NCBI GenBank assembly: GCA_030680695.1
Contig: JAUXUT010000149.1
Coordinates: forward strand, 167,801-231,800
From: a bacterium
Lineage (GTDB): Bacteria > Patescibacteriota > Minisyncoccia > Phycocordibacterales > UBA6065
Direction: 5' to 3'
Length of the DNA: 64,000 nucleotides
In this document: one piece after another, positions 50,460 through 59,979 of the stretch
How the letters are laid out: the number at the start of each line of letters is the position of its first letter
How positions within the stretch are numbered: position 1 is the first letter of the stretch
Made by a program: the position numbers and the translations under genes
The notes under the pieces: generated by a model
What the model was told of the DNA's origin: nothing
Database searches by the model: none
The model's input: the letters and a program-made list of their open reading frames with translations, nothing else

Positions 50460-51488
50460 ATGGAACACGAACCGTTGAAATATATCTCCGAGCCGGAGCG
50501 CGAAGTACTTCTTTTGCCGCCGAAGAAGCGTCACGGCCTTATAAAGGCTATCTTGCTTGGGGTTGTGCCGCTTGCGCTGATTCTCGTGTTTTATTTTTTA
50601 TTTATGTCGGCTCCTTCCAAATTCCCGGAAGACACTGTATATGCAGTTATGAGAGGAGACACAGCATCGGGGACTGCGATCAAGCTCGCGGAAAAAGACA
50701 TTGTGCGTTCACCACTTGTTTTCAAGATCTTGATGAGGGTTTTTGGCGGCACGAAAGGATTAATTGCAGGCGATTATTACCTGCGCAATTCAGAAGGAGC
50801 CATTGGTGTCGCTTGGCGATTCTCCCACGGCACGTACGCCATAAGTGATATCACAGTAACCATTCCTGAAGGATGGAATTCGCGCGAAATCGCCGCTTTT
50901 TTCGCAAAGAGCGGCAAGTTCGTTCATTTCGACGAAAAGGAGTTTCGAGCCATGGCGGCGCCTTACGAAGGATATCTTTTCCCGGATACGTATCGTTTTT
51001 TGCCTGATGCCACAGCCGAAGTTGTGTTTAAAACAATGACCGACACATACAAGCGTCGCATCCAAACTCTTGCCGATGAAATCGCCGCCTTCAAACGACC
51101 AATCTCAGACATTATAAAAATGGCTTCTATCATCGAAGAGGAGGCTCGTACCGAAGAGTCTCGCCGCATCATCGCGGGAATTCTGTGGAAACGTTTTGAC
51201 GAAGGCTTGCTACTTCAGGTTGATGCGGCCTTTGCTTTGGTGAATGGCAAGACGGCAAGCAAGGATCTTACCCTCGATGACCTCAAGATTGATTCGCCAT
51301 ACAATACTTATGTTTACAAAGGCTTGCCTCCGACACCGATATCAAATCCTGGGCTAGATTCCATCAGGGCTACGATTTCTCCTGTCACAACTCCATACTA
51401 TTTTTATCTCACCGATAATGACGGTGTGATGCGTTATGGTGTGAATCACGATCAGCACGTCGCAAACAAGGCCAGATATCTTCGCTAG
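50460..51488 (+). CDS. mltG: Endolytic transglycosylase MltG
   Basis: TIPEG, EGYLFPDTY, ASIIEEE, SPYNTY...GLPPTPISNPG. Confidence 0.95.
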   Translation: MEHEPLKYISEPEREVLLLPPKKRHGLIKAILLGVVPLALILVFYFLFMSAPSKFPEDTVYAVMRGDTASGTAIKLAEKDIVRSPLVFKILMRVFGGTKGLIAGDYYLRNSEGAIGVAWRFSHGTYAISDITVTIPEGWNSREIAAFFAKSGKFVHFDEKEFRAMAAPYEGYLFPDTYRFLPDATAEVVFKTMTDTYKRRIQTLADEIAAFKRPISDIIKMASIIEEEARTEESRRIIAGILWKRFDEGLLLQVDAAFALVNGKTASKDLTLDDLKIDSPYNTYVYKGLPPTPISNPGLDSIRATISPVTTPYYFYLTDNDGVMRYGVNHDQHVANKARYLR

Positions 51489-51516
51489 AAAAAAGGCCGC
51501 CCCGTAGGGGCGGCCT
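51489..51516 (-). terminator. Intrinsic terminator
   Basis: AGGCCGCCCC-GTA-GGGGCGGCCT with an A-tract on the left (T-tract on the minus strand). Confidence 0.85.
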
Positions 51517-51539
51517 GTTGATTTGCGCCGGAAGTAAGA

Positions 51540-51980
51540 CTAGACAGTATTGGCCCCGTCAGTCACCTCGTCCACAGCTTTGTGTCCCGCTCGGATTTTT
51601 TCCGCGATTTCCGCAGCATAGATCCACGCACGACGGGTGAGATCATCATCCATGAAGCCTCTGGAGAAGTACCCGCACATGAGACAAAGCTCTTTGCGGC
51701 GGGACTCGACACCGAGCTCGATTTCGAGCTTCCTCACTTCGGATCCTGCGTGAGGGGGCGGTTCGGGATAGGCGAGGATACGCCCGACCATTTCGGCGTC
51801 TTGGACGAAGCGCTTTGAACGGACGGCTGACAACCAATCTCTTCCGGCATTTTCAAGAACAACGATGCTCTCGACAATTCGTCTATGAATGTCGGGGCTC
51901 GTGGTGAACGCTGGGTTTTCACCCAACTTTACGAGGAGCAGGTCTGATAGACAGGCCTGGTCCTTATTCCTTGTTTTCAT
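51540..51980 (-). CDS. Hypothetical protein (ORFan)
   Basis: ORF filling the mltG-mnmA gap with a terminator downstream; start 51980 or 52004. Confidence 0.6.
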   Translation of the reverse strand: MKTRNKDQACLSDLLLVKLGENPAFTTSPDIHRRIVESIVVLENAGRDWLSAVRSKRFVQDAEMVGRILAYPEPPPHAGSEVRKLEIELGVESRRKELCLMCGYFSRGFMDDDLTRRAWIYAAEIAEKIRAGHKAVDEVTDGANTV

Positions 51981-52015
51981 AAATTGAACGATTCCTTCAC
52001 TCATGCTACCTTTCG

Positions 52016-53095
52016 GTGGTGCGAAGTCAACCTACAAAGAAAGTCTTCGTCGGCATGTCAGGGGGAGTGGATTCCTCGGTTTCGGCCGCACTTCTCAAAG
52101 AGCGTGGCTTTGACGTGACAGGAGTTTTCATCAAAGTCTGGCAGCCTGAATGGCTCGAAGCGACGGGCGGATGCACTTGGAGGGAAGATCGCCTCGATGC
52201 CATGCGCGTATGTGTCAAACTCGGCATTCCATTTCAAACTCTCGACCTCGAGAAAGAATACAAGAAAGAAGTCGTGGATTACATGATCGCAGAATACAAG
52301 GCCGGCAAGACGCCGAACCCCGATATCATGTGTAATCGTCATGTGAAATTCGGTGGCTTCTTCGATTGGGCCATGAATCAGGGTGCGGATTTTGTTGCAA
52401 CGGGACATTATGTACGCGTCGAATCCAATCGTTTGTTGGCTGGGCGAGACACAGGCAAGGACCAGTCATATTTCCTGTGGACACTGACCGAACGAGAGCT
52501 TTCGAAAACTCTTTTTCCAGTTGGGGATATTGAAAAGTCAGAAGTGCGCCGTCTTGCGGCTCGATTTGACTTGCCTGTGGCGAGCAAAAAAGACAGTCAG
52601 GGACTTTGCTTCATTGGCAAGGTAGACATCAAGGAATTTCTTTCTCATTATATCGAGCCAAAGAAGGGGCGGGTGCTCGACGAATCTGGCGCGCAGATCG
52701 GCGAGCATGACGGCGCGATTTTTCTCACCTTGGGCGAGCGTCATGGCTTCAGGATCGTAGCAAAACGTCCGGACGATAAACCGTACTATGTCGTCGCGCG
52801 TGACATTGCCAAGAACGAGGTCGTTGTATCGCATGAATCCCTGGACAACGCGCCCTCCGCGGACGGCAGTACGTGCGCAGTTTCCTCGACAAATTGGATA
52901 TCGGGTTCGCCAGAACAAGGTAAGCAGTATTTTGCGCGCATTCGACATCTTGGTGCATTGATGCCGTGTACGGTCGAGATTCATAGCGGCGACAAAGCAA
53001 TGCTCGCCTTTGAAAAGCCTCTTGTTGTGGCCGCGGGGCAGTCAGTGGTCGTGTACGATGGCGGTGTGTGTATGGGTGGAGGAATCGCAGATTAA
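52016..53095 (+). CDS. mnmA: tRNA 2-thiouridine(34) synthase
   Basis: MSGGVDSS, PNPDIMCN, ATGHY, KDQSYFL, KKDSQGLCF; GTG start at 52016 or 52019. Confidence 0.97.
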   Translation: MVRSQPTKKVFVGMSGGVDSSVSAALLKERGFDVTGVFIKVWQPEWLEATGGCTWREDRLDAMRVCVKLGIPFQTLDLEKEYKKEVVDYMIAEYKAGKTPNPDIMCNRHVKFGGFFDWAMNQGADFVATGHYVRVESNRLLAGRDTGKDQSYFLWTLTERELSKTLFPVGDIEKSEVRRLAARFDLPVASKKDSQGLCFIGKVDIKEFLSHYIEPKKGRVLDESGAQIGEHDGAIFLTLGERHGFRIVAKRPDDKPYYVVARDIAKNEVVVSHESLDNAPSADGSTCAVSSTNWISGSPEQGKQYFARIRHLGALMPCTVEIHSGDKAMLAFEKPLVVAAGQSVVVYDGGVCMGGGIAD

Positions 53096-53123
53096 GGGCT
53101 CAGTAAGGGCGTGCAAATGCCTA

Positions 53124-53152
53124 TTGACTTTTGATACACAAAGGAGTATAAT
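53124..53152 (+). promoter_or_regulatory. Sigma70 promoter with no ORF before the next terminator
   Basis: TTGACT-17 nt-TATAAT. Confidence 0.78.
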
Positions 53153-53173
53153 TAGGTAATAGGGTATTACTCC

Positions 53174-53214
53174 GCAAGAAAAAGCCGCGCACTTCGTGCG
53201 CGGCTTTTTCTTGC
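53174..53214. terminator. Intrinsic terminator, 19-bp perfect inverted repeat
   Basis: GCAAGAAAAAGCCGCGCAC-TTC-GTGCGCGGCTTTTTCTTGC. Confidence 0.88.
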
Positions 53215-53247
53215 CATCTTGCTATAATTGCTCTGTACAATTTTCTC

Positions 53248-54090
53248 ATGCAACCAACCCACAACATTCTTATTACCAAGTCCACGGGAGAACTCGAACC
53301 GTTCGACCCAACCAAACTCGTAACATCGCTTAAACATGCTGGCGCCAAGGATGAGGTCGCCAACAGAATCAGCGAACATGTTCAAAGGGAGCTCCGTCAG
53401 AGTATGACGACCGATGAGATATACAGCCACGCCTTCGAATTGTTGCGGGCATCGTCGCGCCGCGCCGCCGCAAAGTATTCTATGAAGCGAGCCATTTCCG
53501 AGCTTGGTCCAGAAGGCTATCCCTTCGAACGACTTCTTGCCGAAATTTGGAAAGCTAAAGGATACGAAGCAATGACTGGTCAAGTAGTGCAGGGTGCATG
53601 CGTTGAACATGAAGTGGATCTTGTGGCGTGGAAGGGCGAGGAACTTATCATGGCCGAGGCAAAGTTTCATAACGAGCCCGGCATTAAATCCGATCTCAAA
53701 GTCGCTCTGTATGTGAAAGCACGTTTTGACGACCTAAAAGGCGAAACATATGAATACGGCGGCAAGAAGCGTTCTATCACCGAATGGTATCTTGTCACCA
53801 ATACGAAGTTTTCAGATCACGCATTGCGATACGCCAAATGCCAAGGACTTTCGCTTATTGGTTGGAATTATCCAACACACGGAAATCTCGAGGACCTAAT
53901 CCATGATGCGCACCTCCATCCATTGACGTGCCTCGCGTCGCTTTCGATGTCAGAAAAACGCGCCCTTCTCGGTGCGGGTCTTATCTTGTGCAAGGACGTG
54001 GCTGCGAACAAGATGCGTCTTCTGGAACTCGGCGTTGATCCAAGTAAAGTCACGGCTGTGCTCGACGACGTGCGTCATATTTGCATATAA
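53248..54090 (+). CDS. ATP-cone domain fused to an Mrr-like PD-(D/E)xK nuclease domain
   Basis: ITKSTGELEPFDPTKL (ATP cone); FERLLAE...EVDLVA...EAK...LVTNTKFS. Confidence 0.8.
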   Translation: MQPTHNILITKSTGELEPFDPTKLVTSLKHAGAKDEVANRISEHVQRELRQSMTTDEIYSHAFELLRASSRRAAAKYSMKRAISELGPEGYPFERLLAEIWKAKGYEAMTGQVVQGACVEHEVDLVAWKGEELIMAEAKFHNEPGIKSDLKVALYVKARFDDLKGETYEYGGKKRSITEWYLVTNTKFSDHALRYAKCQGLSLIGWNYPTHGNLEDLIHDAHLHPLTCLASLSMSEKRALLGAGLILCKDVAANKMRLLELGVDPSKVTAVLDDVRHICI

Positions 54091-54097
54091 TGCCCGT

Positions 54098-54382
54098 ATG
54101 AAACTGCCAACTTTTAAACAGCGCGTTGAACGCGTCGTCCGCGACATACCCAAGGGTGCGACGCTGACCTATGCCGAGGTTGCTTTGCGCGCCGGCAGTC
54201 CAAACGGTGCTCGTGCCGTGGGGACCATCATGGCTCGCAACACGGATTCATCCGTGCCGTGTCATCGTGTTATTCGCTCTGATGGCACCGTTGGTGGCTA
54301 TAACGGAATTCGCGGCGGCAGGCAGGGCAGTGATGCCAAGAAAGCTTTGCTCGACAATGAAAAAAGCAAATCTCAAATCTGA
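54098..54382 (+). CDS. ogt: O6-methylguanine-DNA methyltransferase, single-domain MGMT
   Basis: IPKGATLTYAEVA, ARAVG, PCHRV active site. Confidence 0.88.
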   Translation: MKLPTFKQRVERVVRDIPKGATLTYAEVALRAGSPNGARAVGTIMARNTDSSVPCHRVIRSDGTVGGYNGIRGGRQGSDAKKALLDNEKSKSQI

Positions 54383-54962
54383 AGAGATGAAGGCGGTGCG
54401 TGACGATATTCTCGCTCTCACGAACTCGCCTTTGTATGACTTTCGCGTCGAAAACGGATATTTTCCTGTCGTAGGCGAGGGAAACCTTGATGCCCATATC
54501 GTGTTTGTGGGCGAGGCGCCAGGCAAGAATGAGGCCGAGAAAGATCGGCCATTTTGTGGCGCGTCTGGACGTATTCTCGACGAACTGCTCGCATCAATTG
54601 GCATGGATCGGGCCAAAGTGTACATAACAAATCTGGTAAAGGACCGTCCGCCGGAAAATCGCGATCCATCACGAGATGAAATTGCCTTGTACGCGCCGTT
54701 TCTCGACCGACAGATCGCCATCATCGAGCCGCGCATCATCGCAACTCTTGGTCGCCATCCCATGAAATATATATTCGAACGCTTCGGCTTGTCATCAAAA
54801 CTTAAACCCATATCGCAAATTCACGGCAAGGGATTCAAAGCCACGGGCCCGCATGGCGAGGTGACCATCATCGCCTTGTACCATCCGGCAGCCGCGCTCT
54901 ATAATGGCTCCATAAAAAAAGATCTCGTGAAAGATTTCAAAATACTCAAAAAATATGTCTGA
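54357..54962 (+). CDS. udg: Uracil-DNA glycosylase, family 4-like
   Basis: VGEAPG, PFCGASG, TNLVKDRPPENRDP, YHPAA. Confidence 0.9.
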   Translation: MKKANLKSEEMKAVRDDILALTNSPLYDFRVENGYFPVVGEGNLDAHIVFVGEAPGKNEAEKDRPFCGASGRILDELLASIGMDRAKVYITNLVKDRPPENRDPSRDEIALYAPFLDRQIAIIEPRIIATLGRHPMKYIFERFGLSSKLKPISQIHGKGFKATGPHGEVTIIALYHPAAALYNGSIKKDLVKDFKILKKYV

Positions 54963-55039
54963 ACCTCACCAGACACGCAAAGCTTTTTCTGAGAGGCTCT
55001 GTTTTTTTATGTCTGAATCCGTGTTAAATTAAGCCCACT

Positions 55040-56830
55040 ATGACCTCAGCCGAAGTACGCACACGATTTCTCGCTTTCTTTGAAAAGCGCGGCCATGCCA
55101 TATTGCCGTCGTCACCTCTTGTGCCCGAAAACGATCCAACTGTGCTTTTCAACACGGCTGGAATGCAACCTCTTGTTCCGTATCTTATGGGCAGGCCCCA
55201 TCCGCAGGGCGAGCGGCTTGCCAACGTACAAAAATGCGTACGCACGGGCGACATTGACGACATCGGCGACAATCGTCATCTGACTTTTTTTGAAATGCTC
55301 GGCAACTGGTCGCTCGGAAATTATTTTAAGGCAGAGGCAATCACCTGGAGTTATGAACTCCTCACATCCAAAACCGAAGGCTTTGGGCTCGATCCAAAAC
55401 GTCTTTATGTGACGGTGTTTGCTGGAGACCAGGAAAACAATGTGCCACGCGACGACGAAGCTGCTCGTGCATGGGAATCAGTCGGTATACCGAAGCATCG
55501 AATATATTTCAAAGACGCGTCTGCCAACTGGTGGCCCGCGGTCAAAGGAAAGGATACATGGACTGGCCCGACCGGTCCGTGTTCAGAGATGTTTTATGAC
55601 GTCACCGAGGAAGGTCTCGGCGATTTGACTCCCACTGAATACAACAAAGCAGACGATGAGGGCAAGGTTATCGAAATCTGGAACGATGTCTTCATGGAGT
55701 TCGAGAAAAAAGACGGAAAAATCGTCGGCAAGCTCGCCAAAAAAAACGTGGACACCGGTTCCGGTCTTGAACGAGTGGCCGCAATCCTTCAGAACAAGAC
55801 AAATATTTTCGAGAACGATGTTTTTGCGCCGATTATGGCAATTGCCACAACCCTCGCATCAGACCTGCGCCGCCAGCGCATCATTTCGGACCATATCCGT
55901 ACGGCGATCTTCCTCATCTCTGATGGCGTCTTGCCGGCAAACACAGATCAGGGCTATGTCTTGCGTCGCATCATTCGCCGAATGGTATTCAACACTGATG
56001 CAAAAAAGCTCGACCGTGCAAATGTTGAGGCACTCGTCGGAGCAGTCGTAGAAAAGCTTGGCGGATTTTATACGAACGTGGCAGACCAACGCGCAAACAT
56101 TGTTGACGTCATCGCCCAGGAGGCAGAAAAGTTTGCCAAGGCTCTCGATCAAGGACTCAAAGAGTTTGAAAAACTTGTCACCGTAGGCAAAGGTGTAGAC
56201 GGCAAGTCGGTTTTCGATCTGTATCAATCGCACGGATTTCCGCTCGAACTTACCCAAGAGCTCGCGCGTCTGCGTGGCATCGATGTAGACGTGGAAGGTG
56301 CGCGAAACGAGTTCAAGAAACATCAGGATCTTTCACGCGCAGGTGCCGAGCAAAAATTCAAAGGTGGCCTCGGCGACACATCCGAGATGTCTCTTAAATA
56401 CCACACTGCAACGCATCTTCTTCACCAGGCCTTGCGTCAGGTCCTCGGCACCACTGTGTCGCAGAAAGGCTCGAACATCACACCTGAACGCCTTCGTTTT
56501 GACTTCACTCACGGTGCAAAAATGACCGACGATGAAAAGAAAAGGGTAGAAGACATCGTGAACGCGAACATCCAGGCCAAATTGCCGGTACATCGCGTCG
56601 AATTACCAAAGGCCGAGGCCGAGAAAACCGGCGCACTTCATTTCTTTGGCGACAAATACGGCGACGTCGTATCCGTTTATTACATCGGCGAGTCACTTGA
56701 CGGAGCCATTTCAAAAGAATTCTGTGGTGGACCACACGTCGAGAATACAGGGACACTTGGTACGTTCAAGATTCAGAAAGAAGAGGCTGTTTCGGCGGGT
56801 GTGAGGCGCATCAAGGCGGTACTTTCGTAG
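55040..56830 (+). CDS. alaS: Alanine--tRNA ligase, short form without the C-Ala domain
   Basis: FNTAGMQP, HLTFFEMLGNWS, DTGSGLER, HTATHLLH, CGGPH; ends at GVRRIKA. Confidence 0.97.
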   Translation: MTSAEVRTRFLAFFEKRGHAILPSSPLVPENDPTVLFNTAGMQPLVPYLMGRPHPQGERLANVQKCVRTGDIDDIGDNRHLTFFEMLGNWSLGNYFKAEAITWSYELLTSKTEGFGLDPKRLYVTVFAGDQENNVPRDDEAARAWESVGIPKHRIYFKDASANWWPAVKGKDTWTGPTGPCSEMFYDVTEEGLGDLTPTEYNKADDEGKVIEIWNDVFMEFEKKDGKIVGKLAKKNVDTGSGLERVAAILQNKTNIFENDVFAPIMAIATTLASDLRRQRIISDHIRTAIFLISDGVLPANTDQGYVLRRIIRRMVFNTDAKKLDRANVEALVGAVVEKLGGFYTNVADQRANIVDVIAQEAEKFAKALDQGLKEFEKLVTVGKGVDGKSVFDLYQSHGFPLELTQELARLRGIDVDVEGARNEFKKHQDLSRAGAEQKFKGGLGDTSEMSLKYHTATHLLHQALRQVLGTTVSQKGSNITPERLRFDFTHGAKMTDDEKKRVEDIVNANIQAKLPVHRVELPKAEAEKTGALHFFGDKYGDVVSVYYIGESLDGAISKEFCGGPHVENTGTLGTFKIQKEEAVSAGVRRIKAVLS

Positions 56831-56871
56831 TTTGCTTTTTCTTGTCCGTTTTCTGCCGTATACTTACTTGC

Positions 56872-58065
56872 ATGTTTTCCTTCTTTAGTTCCCAGACCGA
56901 ACTCGAAGCCGTGTTCGACATCGGCTCATCATCGGTGCGTGGCGGCCTTGTGCGCAAGGAAAAAGGCAAAGCACCGCACATAGAGTTCACGGTGCGCGAG
57001 GCGATACCATTTCCAATCGACCTCACACCAAAGCGATTCTTCCAAGCCATGATCAGCGCGCTCGACCGCGCCAACACGGCGGTTGTCAAGGCATCTGCAG
57101 GCAGGCGAGTACGACGCGTTGCATACGCGTTCTCGTCGCCATGGTCAGCAACCCAGACCAAAGTCGCAACCATCGAACGGCCAGAACCTTTTGTTCTCAC
57201 CAAAGCCATAGCTGACGAAGTGATATCCCAGGCCGAGAAAACTTTCGAGGCCGAGGCACTGCATACCACACCAGACGGCGTCGCAGATCGTCTTGTCACC
57301 ATGGAACGCCGTGTGATTCAGGTCCTCCTTAATGGATATCCAGTCACAGAACCATACGGCAAGAAGGCGCGCCGTGCCGACATATCTTTCTTCACAAGTA
57401 TTGTCCCGAAAGCAGTCATCGACAAGGTCTTTGAAACCTCGATGAAGGCGCATCATCCAAAAGGTACGAGCGCTTATTCGTTCCCACTGGTGGCGTTTTC
57501 ATTGCTGCGCGATATACATCATGACCTTGATGATTTTATATTCCTCGACGTGGGTGGCGAACTCACAGACGTATCGGCGGTAAAGAACGGCCTCATTGTT
57601 GAATCGGCAAGTTTCCCGCTCGGTTTTAATTTCCTCATCAGGTCCGTGTCCAAGGCGTTTGCGATGAGCCCCGAACAATCCGAATCGCTCCTACGTCTTC
57701 ATTTCGAAGAACACGGCGATGATAATTTAGCTAAAAAACTCGAACCAGTGCTCATCGCAGCTTCAAAGGAATGGGCAAATGCCCTACACGGACTTCTCAC
57801 ACGCCTTTCTGATGCGATGTCTCTGCCGCAAAAACTATTCCTCATCGTAGGCAGTGACCTCGTACGTTTCTTTGTGGAAAGCGCAAAGGACGAGAAGGTC
57901 GCCCAGCTCGGACTTGAAGAAGTTCCGTTCTCAGTGACGCTTCTTAATGCAGATAAACTCAAAGGTCACGTGACATTTGCACCCAATACGAGGAAAGATC
58001 CTCTTATTGCCATGATAACTGCCTTCTTGCATACACACGGGGCATTGGAAGGCGAGGGAAGATAG
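56872..58065 (+). CDS. FtsA/PilM-like actin-fold protein
   Basis: FDIGSSSV, LLNGYP, FLDVGGELTDVS...FPLG. Confidence 0.7.
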   Translation: MFSFFSSQTELEAVFDIGSSSVRGGLVRKEKGKAPHIEFTVREAIPFPIDLTPKRFFQAMISALDRANTAVVKASAGRRVRRVAYAFSSPWSATQTKVATIERPEPFVLTKAIADEVISQAEKTFEAEALHTTPDGVADRLVTMERRVIQVLLNGYPVTEPYGKKARRADISFFTSIVPKAVIDKVFETSMKAHHPKGTSAYSFPLVAFSLLRDIHHDLDDFIFLDVGGELTDVSAVKNGLIVESASFPLGFNFLIRSVSKAFAMSPEQSESLLRLHFEEHGDDNLAKKLEPVLIAASKEWANALHGLLTRLSDAMSLPQKLFLIVGSDLVRFFVESAKDEKVAQLGLEEVPFSVTLLNADKLKGHVTFAPNTRKDPLIAMITAFLHTHGALEGEGR

Positions 58066-58083
58066 CGTATAATACGACCAACA

Positions 58084-59505
58084 ATGCCAAAGCGACCAAT
58101 CCAAGATATCGTTCCCGGCAACTCCCGATCAATTCGCAACATTCCTTTGCCAAGCCATCGTACGCCGGCCAAACCAATCCGCCCTATGGCGGCGAAACCA
58201 GTTGCTCCAAAGGCGACCGTGGCACCTTCTTCTGTGACGATGGCTGATATCGCCGCAATTGATCGTGAATCAGTTGATGAATCTCGCGACATGTCGTCTT
58301 ATGGCACTTCACCTGACCGTGAGACACTGCAAAGTGTACGCCGTGAGTTCGAGGCGCGCGGGGAAGAACGTATCATCAAAAATAAACGTGGCAAAGGTTT
58401 TTTGCTCTTTCTCCTTGCTCTCATAGCTGTCATCGCGCTTGCGCTTGTCCTTTCCAGTGTCTTCCATTCTGTTACTGTGACATTAACTCCAAGGACTGCT
58501 TCGGCCGCGCTTAACGAGGCGGTCACAACGACCAATGCCCAAACTGCAAATTCGATACTCCCGTATCAGGTTGTCACGGTTAAAACAGTGGGAACCCAGA
58601 AAGTCGCAGCCACCGGTGAGGAAAAAGTAGACAAGGCCGCCACAGGAACCATCATCATCTATAACAACTACAACGCGAATTCTCAGAGGCTCGTAAAAAA
58701 CACTCGTTTCGAAACGCCAGAAGGTCTCATATATCGCATCACGGACTCAGTTACTGTTCCAGGCAAAGTTGGCGGCACACCAGGATCAGTAGAAGCTACA
58801 GTTGTCGCTGATGCTACTGGCGACAAATACAACGCTGGACTCAAGGACTTCACCATACCTGGCTTCAAAAACGACCCTCGATACACAACATTCTATGCGC
58901 GCTCAAAAACTCCTCTTGCGGGCGGATTCACAGGTACAGTTAAAGTCGTCGCTGACGCGGATCGCATCAAAGCCCAGAATGATATAACAGCAAGAGCTAC
59001 AGCCGAACTTCTCAAGAAAGTCGGGGTAGAAAAATCTGCTGATTCTGTATTCTTCTCCAACGCCTACTCTGTATCATGTACACCTCTCCAACAAGAAACA
59101 CTCTCGGATAAAGAAGCTCTTATTAAAATGGATTGCTCGCTTTCTGCCGTCATGTTCGATATGCAGGTCCTTGCAAGCTTCCTCGCCAAGAAACATGTGA
59201 ACGGATACACGAATGATGCCGTCAAGGTAGATAATATCTCCGACCTTGTATTCACCCCAAAGGCGGGTTTTGCCCCAGCGACATCCGAAACAATATCATT
59301 CACCATAACGGGAAATGCAGCCATAGAATGGGTCTATGACGGAGAGGCCCTTAAATCAGCCCTCACCGGCAAACGCCGAACAGAAGTTCCTTCCATCCTC
59401 CAGGCTTATCCTATGATTGAAAGAGCAGATATTTCCGTCCGTCCGGCGTGGAGAAGGTCTCTTCCAGTCGATCCAACCGACATACACTTGGTCAAGGCCC
59501 AATAA
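58084..59505 (+). CDS. Membrane-anchored protein with a baseplate-J-like extracellular domain
   Basis: Disordered N-terminus, one TM segment, ATGTIIIYN...TRF...VTVPG...[11 protein letters not shown]...GG. Confidence 0.65.
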   Translation: MPKRPIQDIVPGNSRSIRNIPLPSHRTPAKPIRPMAAKPVAPKATVAPSSVTMADIAAIDRESVDESRDMSSYGTSPDRETLQSVRREFEARGEERIIKNKRGKGFLLFLLALIAVIALALVLSSVFHSVTVTLTPRTASAALNEAVTTTNAQTANSILPYQVVTVKTVGTQKVAATGEEKVDKAATGTIIIYNNYNANSQRLVKNTRFETPEGLIYRITDSVTVPGKVGGTPGSVEATVVADATGDKYNAGLKDFTIPGFKNDPRYTTFYARSKTPLAGGFTGTVKVVADADRIKAQNDITARATAELLKKVGVEKSADSVFFSNAYSVSCTPLQQETLSDKEALIKMDCSLSAVMFDMQVLASFLAKKHVNGYTNDAVKVDNISDLVFTPKAGFAPATSETISFTITGNAAIEWVYDGEALKSALTGKRRTEVPSILQAYPMIERADISVRPAWRRSLPVDPTDIHLVKAQ

Positions 59506-59564
59506 AGCCACTTGAAAGCCATTTGACATTACGGCCCCTTTGGTTTAATCTTATCGAACCTTTA

Positions 59565-59774
59565 ATGGATACCACCAAGCCAAGCGTAAACGGAGTCGTC
59601 ACTGAAGCATTGCCGAACACCTTCTTTCGAGTGAAGCTCGAAGACGGTACCGAGATATTGACCTATCTCGCCGGTAAGATGAGGATGAATCGAATTCGCG
59701 TCCTCATTGGGGACAAGGTGCGTGTGGAGCCAGAACCGTACGGCGGGAAAGGAAGGATAGTGCAGCGAATGTAA
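59565..59774 (+). CDS. infA: Translation initiation factor IF-1
   Basis: [25 protein letters not shown]. Confidence 0.96.
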   Translation: MDTTKPSVNGVVTEALPNTFFRVKLEDGTEILTYLAGKMRMNRIRVLIGDKVRVEPEPYGGKGRIVQRM

Positions 59775-59784
59775 TAATCATCAT

Positions 59785-59901
59785 ATGCGAGTAAAATCAT
59801 CCGTAAAGAAAAAGTGCGCAAACTGCAAGGTCGTCCGTCGTAAGGGTGCGATTTTCGTTGTGTGCAAGTCCAACCCTCGCCATAAGCAGCGCCAGGGCTA
59901 A
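59785..59901 (+). CDS. rpmJ: 50S ribosomal protein L36, not in the ORF track
   Basis: [38 protein letters not shown]. Confidence 0.97.
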   Translation: MRVKSSVKKKCANCKVVRRKGAIFVVCKSNPRHKQRQG

Positions 59902-59979
59902 ATAAGTCAAGAGTTTACAGGATTTTTATTCCGTGCTAGGATAAAAATCCGTTTTTATTAAATCCAATCAAGCCAATAT

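Noticed and set aside
55040-56830. Short alaS as a pseudogene
   Set aside because: The catalytic and editing domains are intact; C-Ala-less AlaRS is a known compact form.
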